Source: Armatimonadota bacterium (GTDB lineage: Bacteria > Armatimonadota > Fimbriimonadia > Fimbriimonadales > GBS-DC). From it: a DNA stretch of 64,000 bases. Below the pieces are notes generated by a model. The model searched no databases, was not told the origin of the DNA, and saw nothing but the letters and a program-made list of their open reading frames with translations. Every line of letters begins with the position of its first letter. The stretch's first letter is position 1. Location: positions 347 to 64,346 of the forward strand of contig JBCNVA010000141.1 in assembly GCA_039630445.1 (NCBI GenBank). Direction: 5' to 3'. Positions 54,741 through 64,000 of the stretch are shown piece after piece. A program made the position numbers and the translations under genes.

Positions 54741-56636
54741 TTACGGCACTTCTACGCTGAGACCTCTCTCCTTCGCGGGGCGGACTAAGGTGTGCCCAGT
54801 GGCTTCGGGGACGACGACACGCCTCACGCGGAAGGGTGTGGAGAAACTGAACTGCGCCGTCTCGGTTTGCAGCTGCACAATCTCCAGCTGGCTCTCCCCA
54901 CGCTCGCCCTTCAACTGGAGGGGGATGCGCAGGCGGTAGGGCCGCGTCGTGCCCGATTGGCGCAGCTGGAGGGTAAGGTGCCACCGATTGCCCTGCGCAC
55001 GCTGCTGAAGGGGCTGAATCGTCAAGGTGGGCACTTCGGCGCTGTCAATCCACTGGCGGAAGAACCAGCGGTAGTCGCTGCCTGTGACCTCGTTCACTGC
55101 TTCCAGAAAGTGGTTCCATTCGGAGGCTTGCCCAGCGCGTTTGCGGGCGAACAGGCGCATCGCCTCCAGCATCTTGTCGCGCCCGATCTCATATTCCAGC
55201 ATGCGCAGCACATAGGCACCGCGCAGGTAGCCCGCCAATGCCATCACCGTATCGCGCGGCACATTCGCCTTGCCAATCGGCACGGTGCGCCCCATCCGAA
55301 TCGAGGCGGCGCCCATCGCCAGCGTCTGATCAGCATCATTCTGAAGCAGCACCGAATCGCTGTACTGGGTCATAGACTCATTCCAGATAGAGTTCAGGTA
55401 GGTGTTGGGCACAATCCCACCCCACCATGTGTGCGCCAGCTCGTGGGTGCACGCCCACAGGCTGATTGCAGGGTCTAAAAAGGTGAACGAGTATGCCTCC
55501 AGCCCCGAAAAGCCGAAGTCAGGTGTCTCCACCACATAGTAATGGGAATAGGGGAATGGGGTGAGGTGCTCCTCAAAGAAGTCCATGCCCTGCGCCACCT
55601 TGCGGGCAATCTGTTCGGCACGCTGCTTCTCCACGCGCAGCTGGTAGATCCGAATCAAGCGGTTGCTGCGTTTCGAGCGCGTTTCGGCACCAATCTGGAA
55701 GGGACCTGCCACCACCGAAAAGAAGCACACGGGCAGGTCATTCTGCCAAGTGGCGCGGTAGGCGCTCTCGGTGCGCTCTTCATGCTGCAGTTCGCCCTGC
55801 CCGATGGCGATCCAGTCAGGCGGCACATGCATCGTGACGCGATGGCGGGCGGGAAGCCTCCCGATGTGCGGATACCAGTAGGAGCAAAGCAGCGCGTACT
55901 TCTCGCTAATCCGATCGTTGGGCAGGAACCAAACCACGCCTTCATACTCGATTTCGATCTGCATCTGGTCGGGCAGGGGATTGTCGGCTTGCAGCCAGAG
56001 CAATCCGCCCGCGCGTCCCATCCAGGCGCCCTGCGCGGGAGGCTGGGGACGATTATTACCCTCAAAAACAAGAAGGGGAATTGACTCGCCGTTCAGCTTC
56101 GCGCTTTTGAGCTTATAGGGCGCGTTCAGGCGCATCAGCAGGGCGCGGTCATCGGGCGCGATTCGGCGCACCACAAAGGCGTTGCGGAACCGTGCGGAAC
56201 GCGCCTTCGGCTCAAACCAGATTTCAACGGCGTGCCTTTCGATACGGAAGGGCGTTTCCACCCCTTCGGGCACTTCCGCGCCCAGTCGCCAGCCGTTCGG
56301 TGTGGACACGATCGGATGCACCCGGTCGCACAGCTCCTCCACCAGCTGGAATTTATGAAAGATCAGCCACCATTCGCCCGGTTTGCTGTAGCCTTTGGGG
56401 GCAGGAAAGATGTCGACAGACCAGTTGGGCAGACGGTCATGCTCGCGCAGCCAGATGTGCCAGTGGATAGTGTCAGGCTTTTCACCCAGTTCGCGCAGGG
56501 CGCGCGTATCGCCAGCCGCCACAATCCGCCGCACCTGCTGGAGAAAGTCGGTAGGATCGCTGGTGGGCGCGTACAGCGTGGAGGGCACAAGCAGCCAGCC
56601 CAGCAGCCAAAGGATTGCTATCCGAGTGGTTCCCAT
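54741..56636 (-). CDS. M1-family zinc metallopeptidase (aminopeptidase N-like), exported
   Basis: HELAHTWWG plus the downstream WNESMTQY glutamate. N-terminal signal-like ILWLLGWLLV. Confidence 0.85.
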   Translation of the reverse strand: MGTTRIAILWLLGWLLVPSTLYAPTSDPTDFLQQVRRIVAAGDTRALRELGEKPDTIHWHIWLREHDRLPNWSVDIFPAPKGYSKPGEWWLIFHKFQLVEELCDRVHPIVSTPNGWRLGAEVPEGVETPFRIERHAVEIWFEPKARSARFRNAFVVRRIAPDDRALLMRLNAPYKLKSAKLNGESIPLLVFEGNNRPQPPAQGAWMGRAGGLLWLQADNPLPDQMQIEIEYEGVVWFLPNDRISEKYALLCSYWYPHIGRLPARHRVTMHVPPDWIAIGQGELQHEERTESAYRATWQNDLPVCFFSVVAGPFQIGAETRSKRSNRLIRIYQLRVEKQRAEQIARKVAQGMDFFEEHLTPFPYSHYYVVETPDFGFSGLEAYSFTFLDPAISLWACTHELAHTWWGGIVPNTYLNSIWNESMTQYSDSVLLQNDADQTLAMGAASIRMGRTVPIGKANVPRDTVMALAGYLRGAYVLRMLEYEIGRDKMLEAMRLFARKRAGQASEWNHFLEAVNEVTGSDYRWFFRQWIDSAEVPTLTIQPLQQRAQGNRWHLTLQLRQSGTTRPYRLRIPLQLKGERGESQLEIVQLQTETAQFSFSTPFRVRRVVVPEATGHTLVRPAKERGLSVEVP

Positions 56637-56643
56637 CGGGGCG

Positions 56644-56649
56644 ATTATA
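56644..56649 (-). promoter_or_regulatory. -10 hexamer TATAAT (minus strand), 7 nt upstream of the M1 peptidase ATG (leaderless start)
   Basis: Minus strand reads gaggTATAATcgccccgATG. Confidence 0.5.
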
Positions 56650-56662
56650 CCTCTTTACGCAT

Positions 56663-57943
56663 TTACGCGCCGATGTCGGTGCGGTAGTGCATGCCTTCGA
56701 AGTGAATCTGGCTGAGGGCGCGATAGGCGTTCTGGCGCGCGGTTTCTAAGGTATCGCCCAACCCTACCACATTCAGCACGCGCCCCCCACTGGTGAGAAT
56801 CTGTCCGTTCTGGCGGCGCGTGCCCGCATGAAAAATCAGTACATCAGGGAGTTGTATCGCGCGCTCCAGTCCCTCAATGGGCAGACCTGTGCGATAGTCG
56901 CCAGGATAGCCCCCGGAGGCAAGTACCACGCACACCGCTGCCCGCGACTCAAACTCCACTTTTAGCTCGCCCAGTCGGCTTTCCACAGTTGCCTGCGCAA
57001 TCGCCACCAGATCGGTTTTCAGCAAGGGGAGAAGCACCTGGGCTTCTGGGTCGCCAAAGCGGCAGTTGAACTCCAACACGAATGGCTGTTCCTCACCCTC
57101 CGCCCCTGGGCTGGCAACCATCAAGCCAGCATAGAGGATGCCCCGATAGGGCATCCCCCGCGCCGCCAGTGCCCGAACAACTGGCTGGACAACCCGATGC
57201 AGCGATTGCTCAATTAGCGGGGGTGTAGCGTCGGGCACGGGAGTAAAACAGCCCATGCCGCCCGTGTTGGGACCGCGGTCGCCGTCGAAGGCGCGTTTAT
57301 AATCACGCACAGGGGGCATCGAATGGATGGTCTGCCCATCGGTGAAGCAGAGCAGCGAGAGTTCGCGTCCGTAGAGGCGGTCTTCGATCACGACGCGCCG
57401 TCCCGCTTCGCCCAGCCCTCGCTGCTCCATCAGAAACTCCACGGCATCCAGCGCGTCCTGCAGCGTGTCGCACACGAACGCCCCTTTGCCCAGCGCCTCT
57501 CCATCCGCCTTGACCACGCACTTTTGCACGGGGAACCGTTCCTGTAGGTAGCGCTTGGCTTCGGCAGGGTCATCGAACACGCGGAATGGTGCAGTAGGCA
57601 CGCCGATTTCTGCCATCAACTGTTTGGCAAATGCTTTGCTACCCTCCAGCTGGGCGGCAGCGCGGGAGGGACCGAAGCAGGGGATACCAACTTGTTGCAG
57701 CGCATCCGCCAGCCCCGCAATCAGCGGTGATTCGGGTCCCACGACCACCAGATCGATATGCTGCTGGCGGGCGAACTGCACCAGCGCAGGGATGTCCTTT
57801 GGGGAGATGGGGACGCATTCTGCCAGCGTAGCGATCCCCGCGTTGCCCGGTGCAGCGAACAGTTGCTCGCAAGCCTCGCTCTGGGCGAGTTTCCATGCGA
57901 GCGCGTGTTCGCGTCCGCCCCCACCGACCAGCAAGATGCGCAT
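56663..57943 (-). CDS. purD: phosphoribosylamine-glycine ligase
   Basis: MRILLVGGGGREHALAWKL... Canonical PurD. The start codon abuts the rpsI stop. Confidence 0.95.
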   Translation of the reverse strand: MRILLVGGGGREHALAWKLAQSEACEQLFAAPGNAGIATLAECVPISPKDIPALVQFARQQHIDLVVVGPESPLIAGLADALQQVGIPCFGPSRAAAQLEGSKAFAKQLMAEIGVPTAPFRVFDDPAEAKRYLQERFPVQKCVVKADGEALGKGAFVCDTLQDALDAVEFLMEQRGLGEAGRRVVIEDRLYGRELSLLCFTDGQTIHSMPPVRDYKRAFDGDRGPNTGGMGCFTPVPDATPPLIEQSLHRVVQPVVRALAARGMPYRGILYAGLMVASPGAEGEEQPFVLEFNCRFGDPEAQVLLPLLKTDLVAIAQATVESRLGELKVEFESRAAVCVVLASGGYPGDYRTGLPIEGLERAIQLPDVLIFHAGTRRQNGQILTSGGRVLNVVGLGDTLETARQNAYRALSQIHFEGMHYRTDIGA

Positions 57944-58342
57944 TTACCGCTTGACATACTGGAAGCCGCGGCGGGCGCCGTGGCGTCCGTACTTCTTGCG
58001 CTCTTTTTCGCGGGCGTCGCGGGTTAGCAGTCCGTTCTGCTTGAGGACGGGGCGAAACTCTGGGTTCACCTGCAGCAGGGCACGCGTGATACCCAACCGA
58101 ACTGCACCTGCTTGACCAGACAACCCCCCGCCGCGCACGGTCGCCATCACATCGTACTGCCCATCCAGCCCCAGCAGGCGCAGCGGCTGCTGCACCATCC
58201 GCTGCAGGGTCAGGCGACGCAGGTATTCCAGCGCATCGCGCCCGTTGATGGTGATCTTGCCCGTGCCGGGCATCAGCCACACCCGCGCCGAGGCAGTCTT
58301 GCGACGCCCCGTTCCGTAGTAACGCACTTGCTCCGTTGCCAT
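57944..58342 (-). CDS. rpsI: 30S ribosomal protein S9
   Basis: ...[14 protein letters not shown]...C-terminal [17 protein letters not shown]. Confidence 0.96.
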   Translation of the reverse strand: MATEQVRYYGTGRRKTASARVWLMPGTGKITINGRDALEYLRRLTLQRMVQQPLRLLGLDGQYDVMATVRGGGLSGQAGAVRLGITRALLQVNPEFRPVLKQNGLLTRDAREKERKKYGRHGARRGFQYVKR

Positions 58343-58372
58343 CTGTTCACCTCCTTATGGCAAAAGCAGGGT

Positions 58373-58828
58373 TCATTCCGAGTGGTGCTCGGCTCTTCCG
58401 ATTTCATACGGCTGCGGTTGCTGGGCGGCATGGGGGTGGTCAGCGCCCCGATAGATGCGCAGCCGTTTCAGCATCCGATCGCGCAGCTTGTTCTTGGGCA
58501 GCATGCCACTGATGACACGCTCCAGCAGCTTCTCTGGGCTTTTTTGCATAAGCTGCTCGCGCGTGTAGGCACGCAATCCGCCCGGATACATCGTGTGGTG
58601 ATAAAGCACTTCCTGCCACTTTTTGCCCGTAAAGACCACCTTTTCCGCGTTCACGATAATCACATGGTCGCCCATATCCATGTGGGGAGTATAAGCGGGC
58701 TTATGCTTGCCCTGCAGCAGGCGCGCGACCTGTGCAGCGAGCCGTCCCGCAGGCACGCCCGTTGCATCCACAACCCACCATGTGCGTGTGATTTCCTCTG
58801 GTTTCGCCGTATAAGTGCGCGGTCTCAT
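58373..58828 (-). CDS. rplM: 50S ribosomal protein L13
   Basis: RTWWVVDATG...LLQGKHKPAYTPH.D.GD.VIIVNAEK. Confidence 0.96.
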   Translation of the reverse strand: MRPRTYTAKPEEITRTWWVVDATGVPAGRLAAQVARLLQGKHKPAYTPHMDMGDHVIIVNAEKVVFTGKKWQEVLYHHTMYPGGLRAYTREQLMQKSPEKLLERVISGMLPKNKLRDRMLKRLRIYRGADHPHAAQQPQPYEIGRAEHHSE

Positions 58829-58852
58829 CGTTTCTCCTCCTTGCGAGTCGGA

Positions 58853-59584
58853 CTAATATTTTACCCGAATGAGGCACAGCCCCTGTGGAGGCGCCATGGC
58901 GGTCAGCCGTTGAGCGGGGTTGTGCAGAAATTCTTGCAGCGCGTCGGGGGACAGGCGTCCCCGCCCAACTAACAGCAAATGCCCGACAATCAGGCGGACC
59001 ATGCCGCGTAGGAAACTGCTGCCCTCCAGTTCGATGTGAACGGTGTCGCGTGTGCGACGGATGGCGGTGCGATAAAGGGTACGCACGGTGTCCTGCTCTT
59101 CCGGGGTCTTGATGCTGAAGGTGCGGAAGTCGTGCATGCCTTCCAGCAGCTGGAGCGCGTGTGCCATACGCTCTGTATCGAGGGGATATGGGTAGTGGTA
59201 GGCATAGCGGATGTGCCAGACGGAGGGGTGCGGGCGTGTGTAGAGCGTGTAGCGATAGAGTCGGCTGCGTGCGGAGTGGCGGGCATGGAAGTCGGGTGAG
59301 ACTTCTGCCCCACGTCGCACCTTCAGGTCGGGCGGCAGCCGCTTGTTGAGGGCAACCACCAGCTTCTCCACTGGGATAGGGCGGCTGGTGAAAAAGTTGA
59401 CCACCTGACCGCGTGCATGCACGCCTGCATCGGTTCGACTGGCACCTGTCACCTGGATGGGTTCCTTCAGCAGCGATTGCAGCGTGGCTTCCAGCACGCC
59501 TTGTACGGTGCGTGCCTCTTTTTGTCGGGCAAATCCGCGGAAGTCCGTGCCGTCATACTCGATTAGCAGTCGCAGGTTGCGCAT
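58853..59584 (-). CDS. truA: tRNA pseudouridine(38-40) synthase
   Basis: MRNLRLLIEYDGTDFRGFARQ...GASRTDAGVHA. Confidence 0.93.
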   Translation of the reverse strand: MRNLRLLIEYDGTDFRGFARQKEARTVQGVLEATLQSLLKEPIQVTGASRTDAGVHARGQVVNFFTSRPIPVEKLVVALNKRLPPDLKVRRGAEVSPDFHARHSARSRLYRYTLYTRPHPSVWHIRYAYHYPYPLDTERMAHALQLLEGMHDFRTFSIKTPEEQDTVRTLYRTAIRRTRDTVHIELEGSSFLRGMVRLIVGHLLLVGRGRLSPDALQEFLHNPAQRLTAMAPPQGLCLIRVKY

Positions 59585-59938
59585 CTATTCGACCAGTTCC
59601 AGCACGGCGGTTTCTGCCGAATCGCCGCGTCGAACGCCGATGCGCACGATGCGGGTATAGCCTCCGTTGCGATCGCGATAGCGAGGTCCGATATTGTCAA
59701 ATAGATGCTTGACGAGGCTTTCATCGTTGAGGAATCGGCGTGCCTGCCGACGCGCGTGTAGGCTATCTTGCTTGGCGAGGGTAATCATTTTTTCTGCCAG
59801 GCGGCGTGCCTCTTTGGCGCGCGGCACCGTGGTCACGATCCGCTCGTGGATGAGCAGGGATCGCACCAGGTTTCGAAGCATAGCGCGTCGGTGGTCGCTG
59901 GCTCGTCCTAATTTGCGATAGCCCGCTCCATGGTTCAT
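59585..59938 (-). CDS. rplQ: 50S ribosomal protein L17
   Basis: [32 protein letters not shown]. Confidence 0.96.
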   Translation of the reverse strand: MNHGAGYRKLGRASDHRRAMLRNLVRSLLIHERIVTTVPRAKEARRLAEKMITLAKQDSLHARRQARRFLNDESLVKHLFDNIGPRYRDRNGGYTRIVRIGVRRGDSAETAVLELVE

Positions 59939-60918
59939 CGCGATTTTCGCCTCCTTCCTTCACTTCGTAGCTGCAGCCCGAGCGCACTCAATTTGGCTTC
60001 CACTTCCTTGAGGGCACTATCCCCGAAGTTCCGAAGCTGCATGAGCTGCTCGCGTGGATGCATCAACAGCTTATGCAAGGTGTTGATGCCTCCGGAGCGC
60101 AAGGCGTTGATGACACGCCCTGACAGCCCCAGCTCCTCCAGCGGGCGGTCGGGAATACCCGCCAGATAGGGTGGGGGAGGCATGGATGCAACGATTTCGG
60201 AGGGTAGCTCCTGTTCGCTGAGGGCGGTTAGCAGGTCGAACTGGTCGCGCAAGATGGTGGCTGCGCGTTGCACCGCTTCGGCAGGATGCATCGCCCCGTT
60301 CGTCCACACCTCCAGAATGAGGCGGTCATAGTCGGTGCGCTCGCCCACCAGTGTCTGCTCCACCAGAAAGTTCACCTTCCGCACGGGGTTGAACATCGCG
60401 TTCATGCGGATCAAGCCAATGTGTCCGCGTTCGCGCTCCCGTTTGACGACGGGCACAAAGCCGCGCCCCAGCTCCACGATAATCTCCGCATTAATGGACG
60501 CGCTCACATCGCTGAGCGTCGCCAGATAGAGTTCAGGGTTCACTATCTCGATGTCGGCGGGGCACTGAATATCTGCGGCATGGACACGCCCCGGACCCTG
60601 CACATTCAAGCGGAGGGTATAAGGACCAGGATGCAGACTGTTCACCCGAATCGCAACATTTTTCAGGTTAAGCAGGAACTGCAACACATCCTCCTTCATG
60701 CCAGGGATGGTGTCGAACTCGTGGAGCACGCCTTCGATGCGCACGCCCGTGATGGCGGCGCCTTCAATAGAGGAAAGGAGCACGCGCCGCAGTGCATTCC
60801 CGAGCGTGATGCCGTAGCCGCGTTCCAGCGGTTCGATCTCGAACTTTCCGTACGATTCGTCCGCCCGAATAATGCGCACCTGCGGCTTAACCATCTCCTT
60901 GGGTATTTCCCTGACCAT
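59935..60918 (-). CDS. rpoA: DNA-directed RNA polymerase subunit alpha
   Basis: [31 protein letters not shown]-terminal domain LELSVR-type ([11 protein letters not shown]). Confidence 0.96.
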   Translation of the reverse strand: MVREIPKEMVKPQVRIIRADESYGKFEIEPLERGYGITLGNALRRVLLSSIEGAAITGVRIEGVLHEFDTIPGMKEDVLQFLLNLKNVAIRVNSLHPGPYTLRLNVQGPGRVHAADIQCPADIEIVNPELYLATLSDVSASINAEIIVELGRGFVPVVKRERERGHIGLIRMNAMFNPVRKVNFLVEQTLVGERTDYDRLILEVWTNGAMHPAEAVQRAATILRDQFDLLTALSEQELPSEIVASMPPPPYLAGIPDRPLEELGLSGRVINALRSGGINTLHKLLMHPREQLMQLRNFGDSALKEVEAKLSALGLQLRSEGRRRKSR

Positions 60919-60940
60919 TTTCCGCTTGCCTCCTCAACCT

Positions 60941-60980
60941 ATCTCACCATTTCACCATTTCGCCACTTCGCCATTTCGCC
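60941..60980. repeat. short tandem array, 5 units of AYYTCRCC (8 nt) in the rpsD-rpoA spacer
   Basis: atctcacc atttcacc atttcgcc acttcgcc atttcgcc. Same unit as 7201-7255. Confidence 0.85.
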
Positions 60981-60986
60981 AATCAA

Positions 60987-61619
60987 TCAGCGACTGTAGA
61001 ACTCGATAATCTTTTGCAGGTCGACATTGGTATCGACCTGTTCGCGTTCGGGTGGTTGCACGACAACGCCTTGCATGGTGTTTGGGTCATAGCGCAGCCA
61101 TGCGGGCGGATTATGCTCGGCAGCGCGGGCAAGGGCTTCCTTGCCTAATACGGTGTTGCGCTTCGATTCATGGATAGCGATCACATCGCCTGGGCGCACT
61201 TGATAGGAGGGGATATTGACTCGCCGCCCGTTGACGGTGATGAAGCGGTGACTGACCATCTGGCGCGCCTGCCCCCGCGAGACGGCGAACCCGAGCCGAT
61301 AGACCACATTATCGAGGCGCATCTCCAGCTGGCGCAATAACACTTCGCCCGTGACACCGCGCGCCTGCTGTGCCTCTTCCACATAGCGATGGAACTGGGC
61401 TTCACGCAGTTGGTAGATTTGGCGTAATTTCTGCTTTTCGCGCAGCTGCTCGCCGTACTCGCTCAGTTTGCGGTCACGGCTGCGCGGCCCATGCTGACCG
61501 GGCGGGAAGTTGCGCCGCTCCAGGGCGCATTTTTTGGTGTAGCAACGATCGCCCTTTAGAAAGAGCTTGACGCCTGCTCGACGGCACAGCTTGCATTTTG
61601 CTTCCCAGATAACCGACAT
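60987..61619 (-). CDS. rpsD: 30S ribosomal protein S4
   Basis: [18 protein letters not shown]...S4 domain [20 protein letters not shown]. Confidence 0.96.
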   Translation of the reverse strand: MSVIWEAKCKLCRRAGVKLFLKGDRCYTKKCALERRNFPPGQHGPRSRDRKLSEYGEQLREKQKLRQIYQLREAQFHRYVEEAQQARGVTGEVLLRQLEMRLDNVVYRLGFAVSRGQARQMVSHRFITVNGRRVNIPSYQVRPGDVIAIHESKRNTVLGKEALARAAEHNPPAWLRYDPNTMQGVVVQPPEREQVDTNVDLQKIIEFYSR

Positions 61620-61644
61620 CGTTTGTCTCCTCCATTATTGGCAC

Positions 61645-62046
61645 TCAGACGCGGCGCCGCTTTGGAGGGCGGCAGCCATTATGGGGGATGGGCGTGACAT
61701 CCTTGATAGAGAGGATCTCCAGCCCTGCGGCTTGCAGGGAGCGGATGGCGGTTTCGCGCCCTGGTCCAGGGCCTTTGACCATCACATCCACCTTGCGCAC
61801 ACCGTGTTCCATCGCGGCGCGAGCAGCGCGTTCGGCTGCCAGCTGCGCGGCGAAGGGTGTGCCCTTCTTGGTGCCGCTGAAGCCCACTGTACCACCGCTC
61901 GCCCACGAGATGGTGTTCCCTTGCATATCTGTAATGGTGACGATGGTGTTGTTGAAGGTCGCCTGGATGTGGGCGACGGCGTGCACGATGTTCTTGCGCT
62001 CCCGTTTCTGTGCCGCTCCTGCGCGTGCTTTGCGTGCCATAGCCAT
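61645..62046 (-). CDS. rpsK: 30S ribosomal protein S11
   Basis: [20 protein letters not shown]...W.S.G...F.G.KK.TPFAAQ. Confidence 0.96.
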   Translation of the reverse strand: MAMARKARAGAAQKRERKNIVHAVAHIQATFNNTIVTITDMQGNTISWASGGTVGFSGTKKGTPFAAQLAAERAARAAMEHGVRKVDVMVKGPGPGRETAIRSLQAAGLEILSIKDVTPIPHNGCRPPKRRRV

Positions 62047-62065
62047 TTACCCTCGCTTTGATTTT

Positions 62066-62449
62066 TTACTTCTTCGCCTTGCGTCGTCGACCGGTGCTCA
62101 CGGTCTTCCTTGGTCCTTTGCGCGTGCGCGCGTTGGTGCGGGTGCGCTGACCCCGCACGGGTAGCCCGCGTCGGTGACGCAGCCCCCGATAGCAGCCGAT
62201 TTCGATCAGGCGCCGGATGTTCATCTGCTGCTGACGCCGCAGGTCGCCCTCGATGGTGTAGTTGCGCTCAATCTCGTCGCGCAGTTTGGCGACCTCCTCC
62301 TCGGTCAGCTCGCGCACGCGCTTGTTCGGGTCGACGCCCGTCTTCTGCAGGATTTTGCGGGCGGTCGATAGCCCGATGCCATAAATAACAGGCAGCGCGT
62401 ACTCGATTTTCCGGTCGCGTGGCAGGTCCACGCCTGCGATTCGTGCCAT
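62066..62449 (-). CDS. rpsM: 30S ribosomal protein S13
   Basis: [26 protein letters not shown]... Confidence 0.96.
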   Translation of the reverse strand: MARIAGVDLPRDRKIEYALPVIYGIGLSTARKILQKTGVDPNKRVRELTEEEVAKLRDEIERNYTIEGDLRRQQQMNIRRLIEIGCYRGLRHRRGLPVRGQRTRTNARTRKGPRKTVSTGRRRKAKK

Positions 62450-62458
62450 CGTTACCTC

Positions 62459-62572
62459 CTATCCTTGTCGCTGTTTATGTTTGGGGTTCTGGCAGATGAC
62501 GCGCACAACCCCATGGCGCCGGATGATCTTGCATTTGGCGCACATCCGCTTGACCGATGCTCGCACCTTCAT
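62459..62572 (-). CDS. rpmJ: 50S ribosomal protein L36
   Basis: Too short for the ORF track. Hand translation of the minus strand: [37 protein letters not shown], in the expected infA-rpmJ-rpsM position. Confidence 0.93.
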   Translation of the reverse strand: MKVRASVKRMCAKCKIIRRHGVVRVICQNPKHKQRQG

Positions 62573-62655
62573 CGCTGTTCACCTCACATAAGCGTAGCGA
62601 GCCAGAAGCTCGCCACACGCGAGGGGATATTATACCCCATTTCGAACCGATCCCC

Positions 62656-62880
62656 CTACTTGTATCGGTAGACGATGCGCCCGCGAGTGAGGTCATAGGG
62701 CGAGAGGGCGACCTTCACGCGATCGCCGGGCAGAATGCGAATGAAGTTGATGCGCATCTTGCCCGATAGGTGTGCCAGCACTTGGTGCCCGCCCTCGATC
62801 TCCACGCGAAACATCGTGTTGGGCAGGCACTCGACGACCGTGCCCTCGACCTCGATCTCTTTGCCTTCGGTCTTCGCCAT
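62656..62880 (-). CDS. infA: translation initiation factor IF-1
   Basis: [18 protein letters not shown]...[24 protein letters not shown]. Confidence 0.96.
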   Translation of the reverse strand: MAKTEGKEIEVEGTVVECLPNTMFRVEIEGGHQVLAHLSGKMRINFIRILPGDRVKVALSPYDLTRGRIVYRYK

Positions 62881-62904
62881 TGCATCACCTCCTCATTAAG
62901 TATT

Positions 62905-63663
62905 TTACTCTACCGTCAAAATCTCGGCACCGTTTTCGGTGATAACGACGGTATGCTCATAGTGGGAAGCAGGTTGGCGATCGGCAGTGATAATCGCCCA
63001 GCCGTCGTCGGCAACCTCCACATCAGGCTTGCCCATCACAATCATCGGCTCGATAGCAAGCACCATGCCGGGCAGCAACTGGAGTCCTTCGCCCGGCTCG
63101 CCTTCGTTAGGCACTTCGGGCGGCTCATGCACATAGCGCCCGACACCGTGTCCCGCCAGCCCATGTGCAGGGTGAAACCCGAACGATTCGACATAACGCT
63201 GAATGGCGGCGCCGATGTCGCCGATGGTATTGCCCGCGCGGGCGACCTTGAGCGCCTCGTAGAACGCTTCTTCCGTCACCCGCACCAGGCGCTTGCGCTG
63301 GTAATCGACGCGCCCGACGGCGACGGTCAGCGCCGCATCAGCGCAGTAGCCCTCGTAGAACACGCCCATATCGAGGCTCACGATATCGCCCTCACGCAGC
63401 ACGCGGTTATCGGGCAGCCCATGCACAATCGCTTCATTGATGGAGACACAGAGGGCTGCGGGATAGAGCCGATAGCCCTTGAAGGCGGGGAAGCCCCCCA
63501 TCTCCAGCACCAGCCGTTCCGCCAAGGCGTTCAGCTCCGCGCTCGTGGTGCGGTTCGGTTCAATCGCCTCGGCACACGCTTTCAGCACCCGCGCCAAGAT
63601 GCGTCCCGCTTTGCGAATGCGGGCAATCTCCTCTGGAGTCTTTATCAGGATGGAACCTCTCAT
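62905..63663 (-). CDS. map: type I methionine aminopeptidase
   Basis: IKTPEEIARIRKAGRI...VHG.P......GDIV..D.G....GY..D...T. Start overlaps the adk stop. Confidence 0.94.
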   Translation of the reverse strand: MRGSILIKTPEEIARIRKAGRILARVLKACAEAIEPNRTTSAELNALAERLVLEMGGFPAFKGYRLYPAALCVSINEAIVHGLPDNRVLREGDIVSLDMGVFYEGYCADAALTVAVGRVDYQRKRLVRVTEEAFYEALKVARAGNTIGDIGAAIQRYVESFGFHPAHGLAGHGVGRYVHEPPEVPNEGEPGEGLQLLPGMVLAIEPMIVMGKPDVEVADDGWAIITADRQPASHYEHTVVITENGAEILTVE

Positions 63664-64000
63664 AGTGAAGGCGAATGGCGAGTAGCAAGTAGCGAGTGGA
63701 GATTGGTGGAAAGAACCTTCTGCACGCGCTGATAAACGGTGTCGGGGTCGCCAGAGGCGTCGATGCGATGCAACAGGCTCTGTTGCTCATAGTAGGCGAT
63801 GAGGGGTTCGGTCTGCTCGCGATAGACGGCGAGGCGGCGACGGATGGTATCGGGCTGGTCATCGTCGCGGATGATGAGCCTTGTGCCGCATCGCTCGCAG
63901 AGGTCGCCTGCCCGGCTGGGATTCGCCACGATGTGGTAAATCGCGCCGCACTGCGGGCAGATGCGCCGTCCGCTCAGCCGCTGCACAATCTGCTCATCCT
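63660..64000 (-). CDS. adk: adenylate kinase, C-terminal ~113 codons (5' part beyond window end)
   Basis: Frame stays open upstream of the track's GTG to the window end (..DEQIVQRLSGRRICPQCGAIYH: Zn-lid C-x2-C...C-x2-C). Carries an unusual 17-aa tail encoded by a short-repeat array. Confidence 0.88.
   Translation of the reverse strand, partial: DEQIVQRLSGRRICPQCGAIYHIVANPSRAGDLCERCGTRLIIRDDDQPDTIRRRLAVYREQTEPLIAYYEQQSLLHRIDASGDPDTVYQRVQKVLSTNLHSLLATRHSPSL
63670..63711. repeat. short tandem array, ~6 units of 7 nt (GGCGART-like), opposite orientation to the 60941 array
   Basis: ggcgaat ggcgagt agcaagt agcgagt ggagatt ggtggaa. Overlaps the adk 3' end, just upstream of the map start. Confidence 0.75.

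Noticed and set aside
62770-63732. 320-aa plus-strand ORF across the infA/map region
   Set aside because: It is antisense to map and infA, both unambiguous. Its C-terminal GEWRVASSEWR text is just the translated 7-nt repeat array.

Overview
This is a high-GC bacterial chromosomal window, densely coding on both strands. I call 70 protein genes and 2 tRNAs (Lys-UUU, Ser-GGA). I see no rRNA, CRISPR array, transposase or integrase.

Gene order, left to right:
- ileS (5' part, missing from the ORF track because it runs off the window)
- Tat-signal Gfo/Idh/MocA oxidoreductase, MFS transporter, Uma2 nuclease, acyl-CoA ligase, ABM monooxygenase, APC permease, SIS protein
- a coiled-coil/nuclease-like protein with a 7 x 21-bp in-frame tandem repeat, then NlpC/P60
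- a Zn/Mn-type metal ABC operon (SBP, ATPase, permease, [Uma2], permease, gmk)
- rph, a BtuF-like binding protein, LacI plus Tat-Gfo/Idh/MocA plus PfkB kinase, DJ-1/PfpI, tRNA-Lys, a TIGR00300-like protein, rbsK
- an AT-richer islet: ECF-like sigma factor, Cys/Pro-rich exported protein, Cys-rich pseudopilin, 4-TM protein
- S9 peptidase, rhaB, a fused MntA-HepT ORF, a lutB-lutC fusion plus lutA
- secreted propeller-like protein plus ABC-2 transporter plus site-2 protease, tRNA-Ser, PIG-L deacetylase, plsC, OsmC
- a Zn-ribbon/TPR, HEAT, small-membrane-protein trio; pyk-eno; a DUF433/DUF5615 TA pair; an isolated NuoM-like subunit
- miaA-hfq-dapF, an AcuC-type deacetylase, an M1 peptidase
- the distal ribosomal/alpha operon adk-map-infA-rpmJ-rpsM-rpsK-rpsD-rpoA-rplQ-truA-rplM-rpsI, running straight into purD

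The lineage cannot be fixed from this window. Uma2 paralogs, a DUF1559-type pseudopilin, Tat-Gfo/Idh/MocA enzymes and many leaderless starts suggest an Armatimonadota-, Chloroflexota- or Deinococcota-like organism, but that is a guess.

The best candidate for something undescribed is the sigma-factor-led, Cys-rich islet at about 25.85-28.42 kb. Other structure not explained by the genes:
- a 167-nt unit bounded by inverted repeats, with four internal hairpins, in an unusually long convergent gap (18541-18707)
- a nested-palindrome repeat family (19803-19943, 23189-23382) whose outer arms collapse to an uninterrupted palindrome at 1834-1850
- dispersed 7-8-nt tandem arrays (7201-7255, 60941-60980, 63670-63711)
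- a perfect hairpin element inserted in frame in pyk
- a Uma2 nuclease translationally coupled inside the metal ABC operon
- a single-chain MntA-HepT fusion

Everything comes from reading the sequence and the supplied ORF track. No database search was run, and family names are my recognition of motifs.
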